Shown here: in pieces, positions 18,085 to 27,527 of the stretch
Position numbering within the stretch: the first letter of the stretch is position 1
How the letters are laid out: each line of letters opens with the position of its first letter
The notes under the pieces: model-generated
What the model was told of the DNA's origin: nothing
The model's database searches: none
What the model saw: the letters and a program-made list of their open reading frames with translations, nothing else
Translations under genes and position numbers: made by a program
Virus record (IMG/VR): IMGVR_UViG_2974611271_000001
Location: 1-64,000 of that record
Length of the DNA stretch: 64,000 nucleotides
DNA from: a virus
Lineage: Duplodnaviria; Caudoviricetes
Strand: one strand, 5' to 3'

Positions 18085-18948
18085 TCACCAAAACGAGCGA
18101 CCGGTGATGCGCTTCGCGAACGAGTTCCACGCGACGCGGACACAGTCGTCGGTCAGGTTCGACATGACAGAAGTCGAGCGCGACGTTGCGCGGTCGCCCT
18201 TGTTGAACAGTTCGCGCATAGCCATGTCTTCCATCTCCTCGAACGATGCGCCCGCGTTGAACACTTCGACGACGTGAGCAGCAACCTCGTAGTCGGCAGC
18301 CGACTGAACGAAGTCACCAGACCATCCCAGAGCGTAGGTCGGGTTGGCGGTCAGCTTTTCGACGTGATCGGCCAGCTTCTTCTCCCAGCCTTCGACCTCA
18401 CCGAACGCCCAGCGCATCGCGCAAGCCAGCTGGTAGTCCTTCTTGTCGTCGTCGCGAGCCGCGCGAGCCATCTGGGTCCACGCGTCGAAGTCGACGCGCT
18501 CTGCTGCGCGTTCCTTGCGCTCTGCGTCGCGACGTTCAGCCGCTTCTTTCTGCTCAGCAGCCGCGACCTCGCGAGCCTCGCGGGCCGCGATTGCCGCATG
18601 CTTCGACTCGGACAGGTGACGCAGTGACATGTTCTTGCGGACGTCAGCGCCTTCCTTTATGGCTTCCTCGTAGGCGCGCTCCTTCGCGACGCGCAGCGCG
18701 TCGGACCAACCTCCTTCCCAGATCTCAGACGTACCGTCAACGACCGGCTGGCGGTAGTGCGAGATGTTCGGGTGGCGATCTTTCACGGCGTCGCGCAGCA
18801 CGTCGATATTCTCGTGCTCGAGGATGTCCTTGACGGACAGCGCGTCGGTGTCGAGGTCGTTCTCAAAAACGATTGCGCGGGCGACGAAGTCACGACCTTC
18901 CTGGGTTGCGTCTTCGATGATCAGGATTTCTTTGGCTTCGTAGGTCAT
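18085..18948 (-). CDS. hypothetical early-type protein (stand-alone antisense cassette)
   Basis: MTYEAKEIL... after CAACGGAGA; own promoter. Confidence 0.7.
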   Translation of the reverse strand: MTYEAKEILIIEDATQEGRDFVARAIVFENDLDTDALSVKDILEHENIDVLRDAVKDRHPNISHYRQPVVDGTSEIWEGGWSDALRVAKERAYEEAIKEGADVRKNMSLRHLSESKHAAIAAREAREVAAAEQKEAAERRDAERKERAAERVDFDAWTQMARAARDDDKKDYQLACAMRWAFGEVEGWEKKLADHVEKLTANPTYALGWSGDFVQSAADYEVAAHVVEVFNAGASFEEMEDMAMRELFNKGDRATSRSTSVMSNLTDDCVRVAWNSFAKRITGRSFW

Positions 18949-18994
18949 TGTCTTCTCCGTTGATAAGGCCGACACCGCGCCGGCCATGTGACGA

Positions 18995-19023
18995 CGTATA
19001 AGCGAGTTATAGCACCTCGTCAA
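18995..19023 (-). promoter_or_regulatory. sigma70-like promoter TTGACG-N17-TATACG with operator ATAAGCGAGTTAT
   Basis: Hexamers at 19018-23 and 18995-19000; operator at 18998-19010. Confidence 0.6.
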
Positions 19024-19158
19024 CACCTTTTTTCACGGATAACCAAGTTAGGTTGCTCCTTGATTCTCGATTGCGTGTCGAAACGCAGTCGTCCATAGTG
19101 TTCAAGCGGGCGTCGAAAGGCGCCCGTTTCCATCGCTAGCATTGAAAGGATCCGCCGC

Positions 19159-21111
19159 ATGTATGGCCCTAGCCACCCCGTGTCAATCGACCAACACATC
19201 CAGAAATACCGCATCGGGCCAGACGAACAATTCCAGGACATGTGCTGGCGCATCGCAAGCACACTCGCTGATGATGAAGCGCACCGGCGCGACATCTACC
19301 TGACACTCCTTCACCAGAATTTCATGCCTGCGGGACGCGTTCAACGCGCGGTTGGGGCGCCTATGCGGATCTGCGCCCACAACTGCTTCGTCTCGGGCAC
19401 GATCAAAGACGACTCGGTGGACATCATCGACAAGGTGAAAGAGGCTTTCCTGACGATGCGGATGGGTGGGGGCATCGGTTACGACTTCTCGACCCTGCGG
19501 TGGCGGGGCGCGTTCATCAAGTCCCTGCGCTCGACGGCCTCGGGCGCTGTGTCCTTCATGAGCATCTACGACTCGGCCTGCAAGACCGTCCGGTCGGCGG
19601 GTGGGCGACGAGGCGCACAGATGGGCGTCCTGCGCATCGACCATCCGGACATCGAGGAGTTCATCGACGCGAAGACAGCCGTGCTCGCTGACGACGTGAT
19701 GAAGGCGCAGATGCTACTCGGCATGAAGCGCAAGGAGCTCGACGCCGCGGTCGACGCCGCCGGTGAGCAAGGCGAGAAACAGCTTGCCGAGGCGCGTGCG
19801 CGGTATGCTTTCTTCGAAGAGCTCGAGCCGTTCATGATCGACATGGTCGAAAAGGTGTCGATCCAGAACCGCCTGAGCGCGTTCAACGTGTCCGTCGCCG
19901 TGACGGACGAGTTCATGTGGGCAGTCGAGAACGACGACGAGTTCGACCTGGTCTTCGACGGTGAAGTCGTTCGCACGGTCCGCGCACGCGACCTCTGGGA
20001 CAAGTTGATGAAGGCGACCTGGGACTGGGCTGAGCCGGGCATCCTGTTCATCGACCGCATCAACAAGATGAACAATCTGCACTACTGCGAGTACATCGCC
20101 GCGACCAACCCGTGCGGCGAGCAGCCGCTGCCGCCCTACGGCGCCTGCCTCCTCGGTTCGTTCGCCGTGCCGAAGTACATGCGCAAGTGGGGCGACAAGT
20201 GGTTCTTCGACTATGAGGCCTTCAAGGCCGACATCCCGGGCGTCGTGCGAATGATGGACAACGTGATCGACGAAGCTCTCTATCCGCTCCCGCAACAGGA
20301 GAAGGAAGCGAAGGACAAGCGCCGCATGGGGCTGGGCGCCACGGGCATGGCGAACGCAATCGAGGCTATGGGCCACGAGTACGGCAGCGACGCCTACATC
20401 TGGGCGCAGGATCAGATCTTGCGCACGCTGTTGAATGAATGCTACCGCGCGTCGGCGCTGCTCGCGAAAGAGAAAGGCGCGTTCCCGCTCTGGGACAAGG
20501 ACAAGTTCATGGCGGGCGAGTTCGTCAACAGCGGCGTGCTGGATGACGACGTGCTCGCGCTGATCGAAGAGCACGGCCTGCGCAACTCGCACCTGACCTC
20601 CATCGCACCGACGGGCACCATCTCGCTCACCGCGGACAACATGTCGTCGGGCATCGAGCCGGTGTTCGCCTACAAGAACGGCCGCGAGATCATCAACCAG
20701 GACGGCGTGTCGAAACAGTATGTCGAGATCGACGACTACGGCGTGCGCGAGTTCGGCGTCTACGGCAAGCGCGCAGACGACTGCTCCATCGACGACCACG
20801 TGCGCGTCTACACGTCGGCGCAGAAGTACGTCGACTCGTCGATCTCGAAGACGATCAACGTCGGCGGCGCCATCACGTTCGACGAGTTCAAAGGCGTCTA
20901 CCAGCAGGCGTGGCGCGCAGGCGCGAAAGGCTGCACGACGTTCCGCATCGACGGCAAGCGCTTCGGCATGATGAAGTCGCTCGACGACGTGAAGCCGGAA
21001 CACGAGGAGCAGGTTCTCGACGGGACGACCGGACAGGTCGTTGACTTCGGCGACGCGTGCGGCTACGATCCGGTCACGGGCCAGCGAACTGGCGCATGTG
21101 CGGAAGGGTGA
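19159..21111 (+). CDS. nrdJ: class II (adenosylcobalamin-dependent) ribonucleotide reductase
   Basis: PAGRV, NCFV, GGGIGYDFS, RRGAQM, TNPCGEQPLPPYGACLLGS, IAPTGTIS, C-terminal Cys pair; no beta subunit nearby. Confidence 0.9.
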   Translation: MYGPSHPVSIDQHIQKYRIGPDEQFQDMCWRIASTLADDEAHRRDIYLTLLHQNFMPAGRVQRAVGAPMRICAHNCFVSGTIKDDSVDIIDKVKEAFLTMRMGGGIGYDFSTLRWRGAFIKSLRSTASGAVSFMSIYDSACKTVRSAGGRRGAQMGVLRIDHPDIEEFIDAKTAVLADDVMKAQMLLGMKRKELDAAVDAAGEQGEKQLAEARARYAFFEELEPFMIDMVEKVSIQNRLSAFNVSVAVTDEFMWAVENDDEFDLVFDGEVVRTVRARDLWDKLMKATWDWAEPGILFIDRINKMNNLHYCEYIAATNPCGEQPLPPYGACLLGSFAVPKYMRKWGDKWFFDYEAFKADIPGVVRMMDNVIDEALYPLPQQEKEAKDKRRMGLGATGMANAIEAMGHEYGSDAYIWAQDQILRTLLNECYRASALLAKEKGAFPLWDKDKFMAGEFVNSGVLDDDVLALIEEHGLRNSHLTSIAPTGTISLTADNMSSGIEPVFAYKNGREIINQDGVSKQYVEIDDYGVREFGVYGKRADDCSIDDHVRVYTSAQKYVDSSISKTINVGGAITFDEFKGVYQQAWRAGAKGCTTFRIDGKRFGMMKSLDDVKPEHEEQVLDGTTGQVVDFGDACGYDPVTGQRTGACAEG

Positions 21112-21115
21112 CACG

Positions 21116-21160
21116 ATGAAGAAGAAGCCATACGGCAAGAAGGGCGGGAAGAAGAAATGA
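21116..21160 (+). CDS. 14-aa lysine-rich peptide MKKKPYGKKGGKKK
   Basis: Purine-rich SD upstream; stop overlaps next ATG. Confidence 0.4.
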   Translation: MKKKPYGKKGGKKK

Positions 21161-21501
21161 TCTGCCGGACGCGCGCCTTGTCCTACTTGGCGCGCGTCTC
21201 CATGCGCGTAAACCGCGCTCGAGGCGGCCATCCTCACCTGACCTTGTGCGCGGAAATCTGGCTCTATGATCGTGTTCTTCTTTGCAGGTTGATCGACACC
21301 TTGATTCTCGTGATATTGCAGGAACGAGATCACTGCAGGAAACAGTACTACCGCTATGGCATCAATCAACGAGCGCTTCATGGACTTTCAGGTCGCGCAG
21401 CAGATCCGATGGATCAGGCTGCAGAATCGCGACGTGCGCGAAGCGCTTCAGATGCTGCGACGCAGCGAGAAGGACATCGAAGCCCTTCTGCGTCGGACTG
21501 A
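21157..21501 (+). CDS. hypothetical protein (GG.P..TL.A...ID......HC small phage family); 3' end uncertain
   Basis: Motif resemblance; 146-nt overlap with next gene makes the C-terminus doubtful. Confidence 0.4.
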   Translation: MICRTRALSYLARVSMRVNRARGGHPHLTLCAEIWLYDRVLLCRLIDTLILVILQERDHCRKQYYRYGINQRALHGLSGRAADPMDQAAESRRARSASDAATQREGHRSPSASD

Positions 21502-22462
21502 CCTCACGAACTACAACCAGGCGCGTTTAAACGCGCTGCGCCAGCAGATCGTCTCTCTTGTGCAGACGCTCGAGGCGACGCTCACGCCCGTACTCATCAA
21601 CAACGTGGACGAGGCCGCTCGTCTCGCCGCGGAGATCGAAGCGCAGGCTTTCCTCCGCATCATGCCCGCGGGGCTTGATGTGACGACGCCCAACCCGGGC
21701 GTGATCGCCACCGCTGCGACTTCGGCGCCGTTCAACGGCGCGAAGATGGACGACTGGGCGAAGTCCTATTTCCGCTCGCTCGAGACGACGACGTGGTCGA
21801 CGATCCTCGACGGCGTGACGCAAGGCATGACCAACGACGAACTCGTCCGAGCCGTCCGCGGCACGCGCTCGCGTCGATACATGGACGGCGCGCTGCAGCC
21901 GCGACGCCGCGGCCTCGAGACGCTCGTCCGCACATCGACGAACCACGCGACGAACCAGGGCCGGCAAGCCGTGTGGGAGGCCAATGAAGGCCTGATCTCA
22001 GGCGTGCGCTGGGTCTCGACGCTCGACACGCGCACGACGCCCATCTGCCGCGAACGCGACGGCAAGGTGGGACCCGTGTCCCCGAGCGACGATTGGAAGC
22101 CGCCGAACGGCGCACCGCGTCTGCATCCGCCCATGGCGCGCCCACCTGCGCACCCGAACTGCCGCTCGACGACGGTCGCGGTGACGAAGTCGTGGCGCGA
22201 ACTGGGCTTCGACATGGACGAGCTGCCATCCGGCACGCGCGCGTCGATGGACGGGCAGGTGCCTGCGAACATCACCTACTTCGAATGGCTGAACCGGCAG
22301 AGTGCTGCAACGCAGGAGGAGGTCCTCGGCCCTGCGCGGCTTCGACTATGGCGAGAGGGTGGTATCACGCCTGACCGCTTCCAGAACGACGAGGGCCACT
22401 TCTACACGCTTGCGGAGCTGCGTCGTCGTCAGCCCCAGGCGTTCAAGGATGCAGATCTCTAG
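21356..22462 (+). CDS. minor head / head morphogenesis protein (Mu gpF, SPP1 gp7 family)
   Basis: WVSTLDTRTTPICRERDG, PPAHPNCRST, RASMDGQVP. Confidence 0.9.
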   Translation: MASINERFMDFQVAQQIRWIRLQNRDVREALQMLRRSEKDIEALLRRTDLTNYNQARLNALRQQIVSLVQTLEATLTPVLINNVDEAARLAAEIEAQAFLRIMPAGLDVTTPNPGVIATAATSAPFNGAKMDDWAKSYFRSLETTTWSTILDGVTQGMTNDELVRAVRGTRSRRYMDGALQPRRRGLETLVRTSTNHATNQGRQAVWEANEGLISGVRWVSTLDTRTTPICRERDGKVGPVSPSDDWKPPNGAPRLHPPMARPPAHPNCRSTTVAVTKSWRELGFDMDELPSGTRASMDGQVPANITYFEWLNRQSAATQEEVLGPARLRLWREGGITPDRFQNDEGHFYTLAELRRRQPQAFKDADL

Positions 22463-22471
22463 GAGGACACC

Positions 22472-23278
22472 ATGACTGCTTCGAACTTCAATCAGACGAC
22501 GGAATGGCTCCTCGTTCACGAGGGCGGTTTCGTCAACAATCCCCGAGACCCTGGTGGTGCAACGAACCGCGGCGTGACCCAGGCCGTCTATGATGGCTAC
22601 CGCCGCCGTAAAGGTCTGCCCAAGCAGACCGTGCGCAACATCACGACCCAGGAGGTCTACGACATCTACCGCACGCAGTACTGGGACAAGGTCTGGGCCG
22701 ACGACCTGCCGCAGGGACTCGACTACGCCGTCTACGACTTCGCCGTGAACTCGGGTCCGTCGCGCGCCGTCAAGTTCTTGCAGCGCATTATCGGCGTGGC
22801 TGACGACGGCGTGATGGGCAACGTGACCATGGGCGCGATTGCAGCCTTGCCGCGTGATCAGGTGGACGACGTGATCATCCAGCTCTGCACCGACCGCTGG
22901 AACTGGATGAAGCGCCTCCGCACCTGGGACGCGTTCGGTCGTGGCTGGACCCGTCGCGTTATGGGCGAGGAGATCGGCGTGCAGGATCGTGACACCGGCG
23001 TGATCGACCGCGCGGTGAAGCTGCACAACGGCGCACCTGTGACCGCACCGACGCGTGCTGCTGGTGGTCAGGCCCGCGAACAAGACGAGCGCTCGACTGC
23101 TCGTGCTCGCGACGGCCTGAACCTCGACACCATCGGCACGATTGCCGGCGGTGTCGCACCCACCGCGGTCGTCGCAGCGATCCAGCAGGAGGGACCGATG
23201 CAGTACGCCCTCGCGGGTGTCGTCGTGCTTGCAGCCTTGATGGCAGCGGTCGTCTTCTACAAGAAGGTCATCCGCTAA
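22472..23278 (+). CDS. endolysin, glycoside hydrolase 108 with PG-binding domain and C-terminal TM helices
   Basis: HEGGFVNNPRDPGGATNRGVT; DFAVNSG; FGRGWTRRV. Confidence 0.9.
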   Translation: MTASNFNQTTEWLLVHEGGFVNNPRDPGGATNRGVTQAVYDGYRRRKGLPKQTVRNITTQEVYDIYRTQYWDKVWADDLPQGLDYAVYDFAVNSGPSRAVKFLQRIIGVADDGVMGNVTMGAIAALPRDQVDDVIIQLCTDRWNWMKRLRTWDAFGRGWTRRVMGEEIGVQDRDTGVIDRAVKLHNGAPVTAPTRAAGGQAREQDERSTARARDGLNLDTIGTIAGGVAPTAVVAAIQQEGPMQYALAGVVVLAALMAAVVFYKKVIR

Positions 23279-23511
23279 TGTGGGAGATCGTCGCAGTCAC
23301 TCTCTGCCTCGGCCTTCCCGCGGATGCTGAGCTGTCGAACTGCTCGACGTTCAACGACTCGTGGGGGCCCTACGCGACACGCGAGGAGTGCGACGCGCGA
23401 ACTGCCGAGATCGCAGTCACCTGGCCAATGACCATCGCTGCCGCGACTGGCTACATGGGCCCGGTGATCGTGATCGGGAACGAGTGCACGCTCTCGGGCG
23501 AGGATGTCTAG
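23278..23511 (+). CDS. small secreted Cys-containing protein
   Basis: Hydrophobic N-terminus; C..., GPY.T.EEC..R. Confidence 0.55.
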   Translation: MWEIVAVTLCLGLPADAELSNCSTFNDSWGPYATREECDARTAEIAVTWPMTIAAATGYMGPVIVIGNECTLSGEDV

Positions 23512-23614
23512 TACCTCGTTTCGACTATAACTCGGTTAGGCGTCAACCGCAAAGTTTGCTCGACGACTGGGCGCGCGCCGCCTAACCTCGAAGTGTCAGC
23601 ATAGGAGGCGGCCG

Positions 23615-24361
23615 ATGGGTAGCAACTCAATGAGGAAACAACGACAAGCCGAAAGAAATTGGAAACCTCCGCAGATTGAGACGCTCACGCAGAAGCAGGC
23701 CTCCTACGTTGCACAACTCGCGAAGAACGATTGCGTGGTCGCCACAGGACCCGCAGGCACGGGCAAGACCTATGTCGCGTGCGCTCACGCCGGACAGGCG
23801 CTCTTCAACAAGGACATCCACAACATCGTCCTGACACGACCCAACGTCGGCGTGGCAGGCAAGACGATGGGCTTCCTCCCGGGTGACGCGAAGCGCAAGA
23901 TGGCGCCTTGGGCCCGTCCGCTCGTCGAGGCGTTTAAACATCACATGGGCGCGAAGAAGCACGAGGAAGCGACCAACCAGGGCAAGATCAAGATCGAGGC
24001 GCTCGAGCACATCAGAGGCCTGACCTTCGACGATGCCGTGATGATCATCGACGAGGCGCAGAACACGACGCCCGAGGAGATGAAGGCTTTCCTGACGCGC
24101 ATCGGCGAGAACTCGCAGGTGATCATCTGCGGCGATGATCGGCAATCCGATCTGCATCCCACCGAGAACGGACTCGCGTGGGTGATGCGCGCAATTGAGC
24201 AAGGCCTCGTGCGCGGGATCGGTCGGACGAAGTTCACGCACGCCGACACCGTGCGCTCGGAGATGTGCCGCATGTGGGCGGAGGCGTTCGACGCGCTCGA
24301 AGACGAGGACGCCGACCCGAAGGCCGGCGTCAATCGTTTCCTGGTTGCGGCGAGCAGTTAA
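23615..24361 (+). CDS. phoH: PhoH-like ATPase
   Basis: GPAGTGKT, MGFLPG, RGLTF, IIDEAQN, CGD..QSD. Confidence 0.92.
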   Translation: MGSNSMRKQRQAERNWKPPQIETLTQKQASYVAQLAKNDCVVATGPAGTGKTYVACAHAGQALFNKDIHNIVLTRPNVGVAGKTMGFLPGDAKRKMAPWARPLVEAFKHHMGAKKHEEATNQGKIKIEALEHIRGLTFDDAVMIIDEAQNTTPEEMKAFLTRIGENSQVIICGDDRQSDLHPTENGLAWVMRAIEQGLVRGIGRTKFTHADTVRSEMCRMWAEAFDALEDEDADPKAGVNRFLVAASS

Positions 24362-24603
24362 AACGGGATCTCATCGTCGAGCGCGACGGCGCCCCAACCC
24401 GACGGCGCAGCGCGCGGCGTGTTCAGCGACGCCTTCCACGCATCGAACTCGAGCGGCTCCTCGCCGTCTTCGTCGCACGCGTTGCAGTAATCGCAGTAGC
24501 CCTCGTGATACGCGTCCAGTTCAGTCGCGGCGAAGCGTTCGCGAACGTCGTCGAACTGAGCGTTGAACTCGTGATCCATGGCTTCCTGGAATTGATCGAA
24601 CAT
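24358..24603 (-). CDS. small acidic protein ending in SSB-like tail DDEIPF
   Basis: D/E-rich 81 aa; CDYCNAC. Confidence 0.65.
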   Translation of the reverse strand: MFDQFQEAMDHEFNAQFDDVRERFAATELDAYHEGYCDYCNACDEDGEEPLEFDAWKASLNTPRAAPSGWGAVALDDEIPF

Positions 24604-24651
24604 CGTTTTTCTCTGTGGTTGGTGGGAGGGCTCGCGCCCTCCCGTTTCGAT

Positions 24652-25164
24652 TTATGCGGCCTGCATCTCTTTGAACTTTTTCTCCGGCGTGAACTTGCCG
24701 TCAACGTAGATGCGAGCCGGCCACTGCAGGAAGAACGTGCCTTTCGACGACACCTTGAAAACGACCTGCTGGTCGACGACGACTTGCGCGTCGCCCTGCA
24801 TGCCGCGGATCGTGAACTCGCCGTTGCCGCGCAGGTTCAGGACGCAATCGGTGAGGTGACCGATCTTGCCTTCGAGTTTCGCGATGAACGAGTCGACTTG
24901 GGCGTCGGCGAAGTCCTGCGCGTGCTTCTCGAGGCGTTCGACGTTCACGACACCTTCGCAGCCGGGTGCCACGCGATTGTCGGCCCAGGTGATGTAGCCC
25001 GACGCGAAAGCGTGGATGCGATAATCGCGGAAATGATAGCCGCGGATCGTGCCTTCCTCGTCGCGCAGTGCGTCGATTTTGGCGTGGGCGCGCTTGAGGA
25101 ACATTGCTTTGGCCTCTTCGCGGATCGGGTCGAAGGCGGCTTTGATGTTGTTGAAGGTCGTCAT
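24652..25164 (-). CDS. hypothetical early-type protein
   Basis: MTTFNNIK... after conserved 33-bp leader. Confidence 0.7.
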   Translation of the reverse strand: MTTFNNIKAAFDPIREEAKAMFLKRAHAKIDALRDEEGTIRGYHFRDYRIHAFASGYITWADNRVAPGCEGVVNVERLEKHAQDFADAQVDSFIAKLEGKIGHLTDCVLNLRGNGEFTIRGMQGDAQVVVDQQVVFKVSSKGTFFLQWPARIYVDGKFTPEKKFKEMQAA

Positions 25165-25169
25165 GTCGT

Positions 25170-25229
25170 TGTCTCCGTTGAGTCGCTGTTGATGAGTCGC
25201 TTGTAGCATCCCGCTCGTTTAAACGTCAA
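25170..25229 (-). promoter_or_regulatory. promoter TTGACG-N18-TACAAG plus 33-bp conserved leader; GTTTAAAC in the spacer
   Basis: 25170-25202 is the exact reverse complement of 54154-54186. Confidence 0.65.
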
Positions 25230-25253
25230 CCGGCCTAGTACCTTATTTCGTGC

Positions 25254-25290
25254 ATAAGCGACTTATACCCCGCAGTCATAAGCGACTTGC
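25254..25290. promoter_or_regulatory. tandem ATAAGCGACTT operators between the divergent early cassette and head operon
   Basis: Copies at 25254-25266 and 25278-25290. Confidence 0.6.
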
Positions 25291-25386
25291 GGGTTCCAGG
25301 TCTGCCTTTTATCGTCGGCCTCGACCTCACAACCCGAGGGCCTCGGGCGTGGTCTTAGGCAGAGCCGAAACTGAAAGGAAATCCAT

Positions 25387-26154
25387 ATGCCGTTCTTCGA
25401 TTCCGAAGGCAACGAAATCCAGATTGGCGCCGAAACCCCTGAGGTGAAGTCGCTCCTGGAACAGGCAGTCAAGGAGGCGACCTCCGGGCTGGCAGCGAAC
25501 AAGGACGAGATCCTGGGCGAGAAGAAAGCGCTTCAGGAAAAGCTCGACGAGATGCAGAAGACTTGGGGCTCGTATGACCCCGAAATGGTCAAAACGATCA
25601 TGACGCGTCTCGAGAACGACGAGGAGGCCAAACTCCTCGCAGAAGGCAAGACCGACGAGGTCTTCGAGCGTCGCGCGGAACGCCTCAAGGCGGATCACGC
25701 GAAGCAGATCGAGGCCTACGAGAAGAAGGTCGCTGAGCTCCAGCAAGGCTACGAAATGGCCGGCGAGCGAGTGAAGCGGTTGACCGTCGAAGGCGGGATC
25801 CGCCAGGCGGCTTCGGAACTCGGTGTCGTGCCTTCGGCCTTTGAGGATGCGCTGCATCGCGCCATGAGCGTTTTCAGCGTGGACGAAGAAGGCAAGCTGC
25901 ATGCTGCCGAGCCCGATGGGGGCACGATCTACGGCAAGGATGGCCAGCCCATTTCGCCTGCGGAATGGCTCGAGTCCATGAAGGAGAAGGCGCCGCATTG
26001 GTTCCCTGCTCCTCAGGGAGGCGGGGCCGGAGGCGGACGGGATCGAAGCGGAAGCTTCACCATCAGCCGCGCGGATGCGCGCGACGTCCAGAAGTATCGC
26101 GCTGCGAAAGAAGCAGCCGAGAAAGCGGGCTCTCAACTGCAGATCGTCGGCTGA
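25387..26154 (+). CDS. capsid scaffolding protein
   Basis: Coiled-coil, GL.ANKDEIL.EKK, EWLES...APHWFP...GGGAGG; precedes capsid gene. Confidence 0.8.
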   Translation: MPFFDSEGNEIQIGAETPEVKSLLEQAVKEATSGLAANKDEILGEKKALQEKLDEMQKTWGSYDPEMVKTIMTRLENDEEAKLLAEGKTDEVFERRAERLKADHAKQIEAYEKKVAELQQGYEMAGERVKRLTVEGGIRQAASELGVVPSAFEDALHRAMSVFSVDEEGKLHAAEPDGGTIYGKDGQPISPAEWLESMKEKAPHWFPAPQGGGAGGGRDRSGSFTISRADARDVQKYRAAKEAAEKAGSQLQIVG

Positions 26155-26231
26155 ACCTCGAACGGCCGCGCACGTGCGCGGTGACACTTTGAACCGCGCA
26201 CTTCGCGCACGCCAGTCGAAAGGAAAGACCG

Positions 26232-27461
26232 ATGGCAAACACCCTTGGGAACTACAATCCCGAGTTCTACGCTCAGGAGGCCCTCATCCAGCTCTTCAAG
26301 GCGCTGGGCATGGCCGGCCGCGTTCACCGCGGTGCCGAGCAGGAACGCAACTCCGCCGGGAACCAGAAAGGCGACACGATCAACCTCAAGCGTCCGACCA
26401 AGTTCACGGCCGCTGAGCACGTCGCCGGCACCGGTTCCGCAGTTCAGGACGTGGTCGGCGAGAACATCGCCATCGTCCTCAACAACCACCAGGAAGTGAA
26501 GTACAAGCTCACCGACCGCGAGCTGGCTTACACGACCGAGCAGATCATCACCGATCATATCACGCCTGCCGCGTATGCGCTGGCCGACAAGATCGACCAG
26601 GATCTGCACGCGCTCGGCTCGCGCGTCGGCCCCAAGGCCTTCGTTTCGGGCACCGCTTCCTCGGCCTTCATCACCGGCCCCCGGAAAGTGCTTCGCAACA
26701 ACGAAGTGCCGATGGACCCGGGCATGATCCACTACCTCGTCGATTCCGGCATGGAAGCCGCGTTCCTCGACCTGGGCATCTTCCACGAGGCACGCATCAC
26801 CGGTGAGGGCGCCAACGCTCAAGCCCTGATGAACGGCTCGCTGGGTCAGCGCTTCGGCGTTGAGGTGTTCGCGTCGCAGAACGCAGACGTGGACGTGGCG
26901 GCCCTCAGCTCGACCGCAACGGCTTCGGCCGCTACCGGCGACCCGGTCCTCGCGGTCAACAACGCGAGCGGCTACTCGGCCAACACCTCGACCATCGCGG
27001 TCGATGGCGGTACCGCCGCGGAGACGTTCCAGGTCGGTGACACGTTCACCATCGCTGGCGATCCGACGGTCTACACGCTGACGGCTGCGACCACGCTCTC
27101 GACGGGCGCCGGCAACTTGACGTTCTACCCGGCACTGCGCCGCAACGTCGCCGACGACGCGGTCGTGACGTTCAACCTGCTGAACGCCATCGAGGAAGCG
27201 GCTCACGTCCGCAACCTGATGTTCCACCGCAACGCGTTCGCGCTCGCCTTCGCACCGCTGCCGATGACCGGCGACGGCCGCGGCGCCGAGATGGCGACCG
27301 TCACCGACGAGATCACCGGACTGTCGGTCCGTGCTCGTATGTGGTACGACGGCGGCACCGCATCGAACTTCGTGGCACTGGACGCCCTCTACGGCACCCA
27401 GGTCCTCGACCCGATGCTGGGCGTGCAGGTCAAGCGCGCGACGAGCGTTTACCCCGCGTAA
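26232..27461 (+). CDS. major capsid protein (P22 coat-like family)
   Basis: GDTINLKRP, LADKID.DL, GDTFTIAG, NLMFHRNAFALA, D.LYG...LDP. Confidence 0.9.
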   Translation: MANTLGNYNPEFYAQEALIQLFKALGMAGRVHRGAEQERNSAGNQKGDTINLKRPTKFTAAEHVAGTGSAVQDVVGENIAIVLNNHQEVKYKLTDRELAYTTEQIITDHITPAAYALADKIDQDLHALGSRVGPKAFVSGTASSAFITGPRKVLRNNEVPMDPGMIHYLVDSGMEAAFLDLGIFHEARITGEGANAQALMNGSLGQRFGVEVFASQNADVDVAALSSTATASAATGDPVLAVNNASGYSANTSTIAVDGGTAAETFQVGDTFTIAGDPTVYTLTAATTLSTGAGNLTFYPALRRNVADDAVVTFNLLNAIEEAAHVRNLMFHRNAFALAFAPLPMTGDGRGAEMATVTDEITGLSVRARMWYDGGTASNFVALDALYGTQVLDPMLGVQVKRATSVYPA

Positions 27462-27469
27462 GTGATTGA

Positions 27470-27493
27470 CGGGGGCTCCTAACGGGGCCCCCG
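27470..27493 (+). terminator. GC hairpin after capsid gene
   Basis: CGGGGGCTCC-TAAC-GGGGCCCCCG; weak U tract. Confidence 0.4.
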
Positions 27494-27527
27494 CCTCCAC
27501 GCAACGAGACCCGACGAGGATCAACCC

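Noticed and set aside
19675-19869. Intein in NrdJ
   Set aside because: Too short and lacks splicing motifs
26890-27200. Insertion-like Thr/Ala-rich segment in the capsid protein
   Set aside because: GDTFTIAG-containing insertion domain is usual in this coat family
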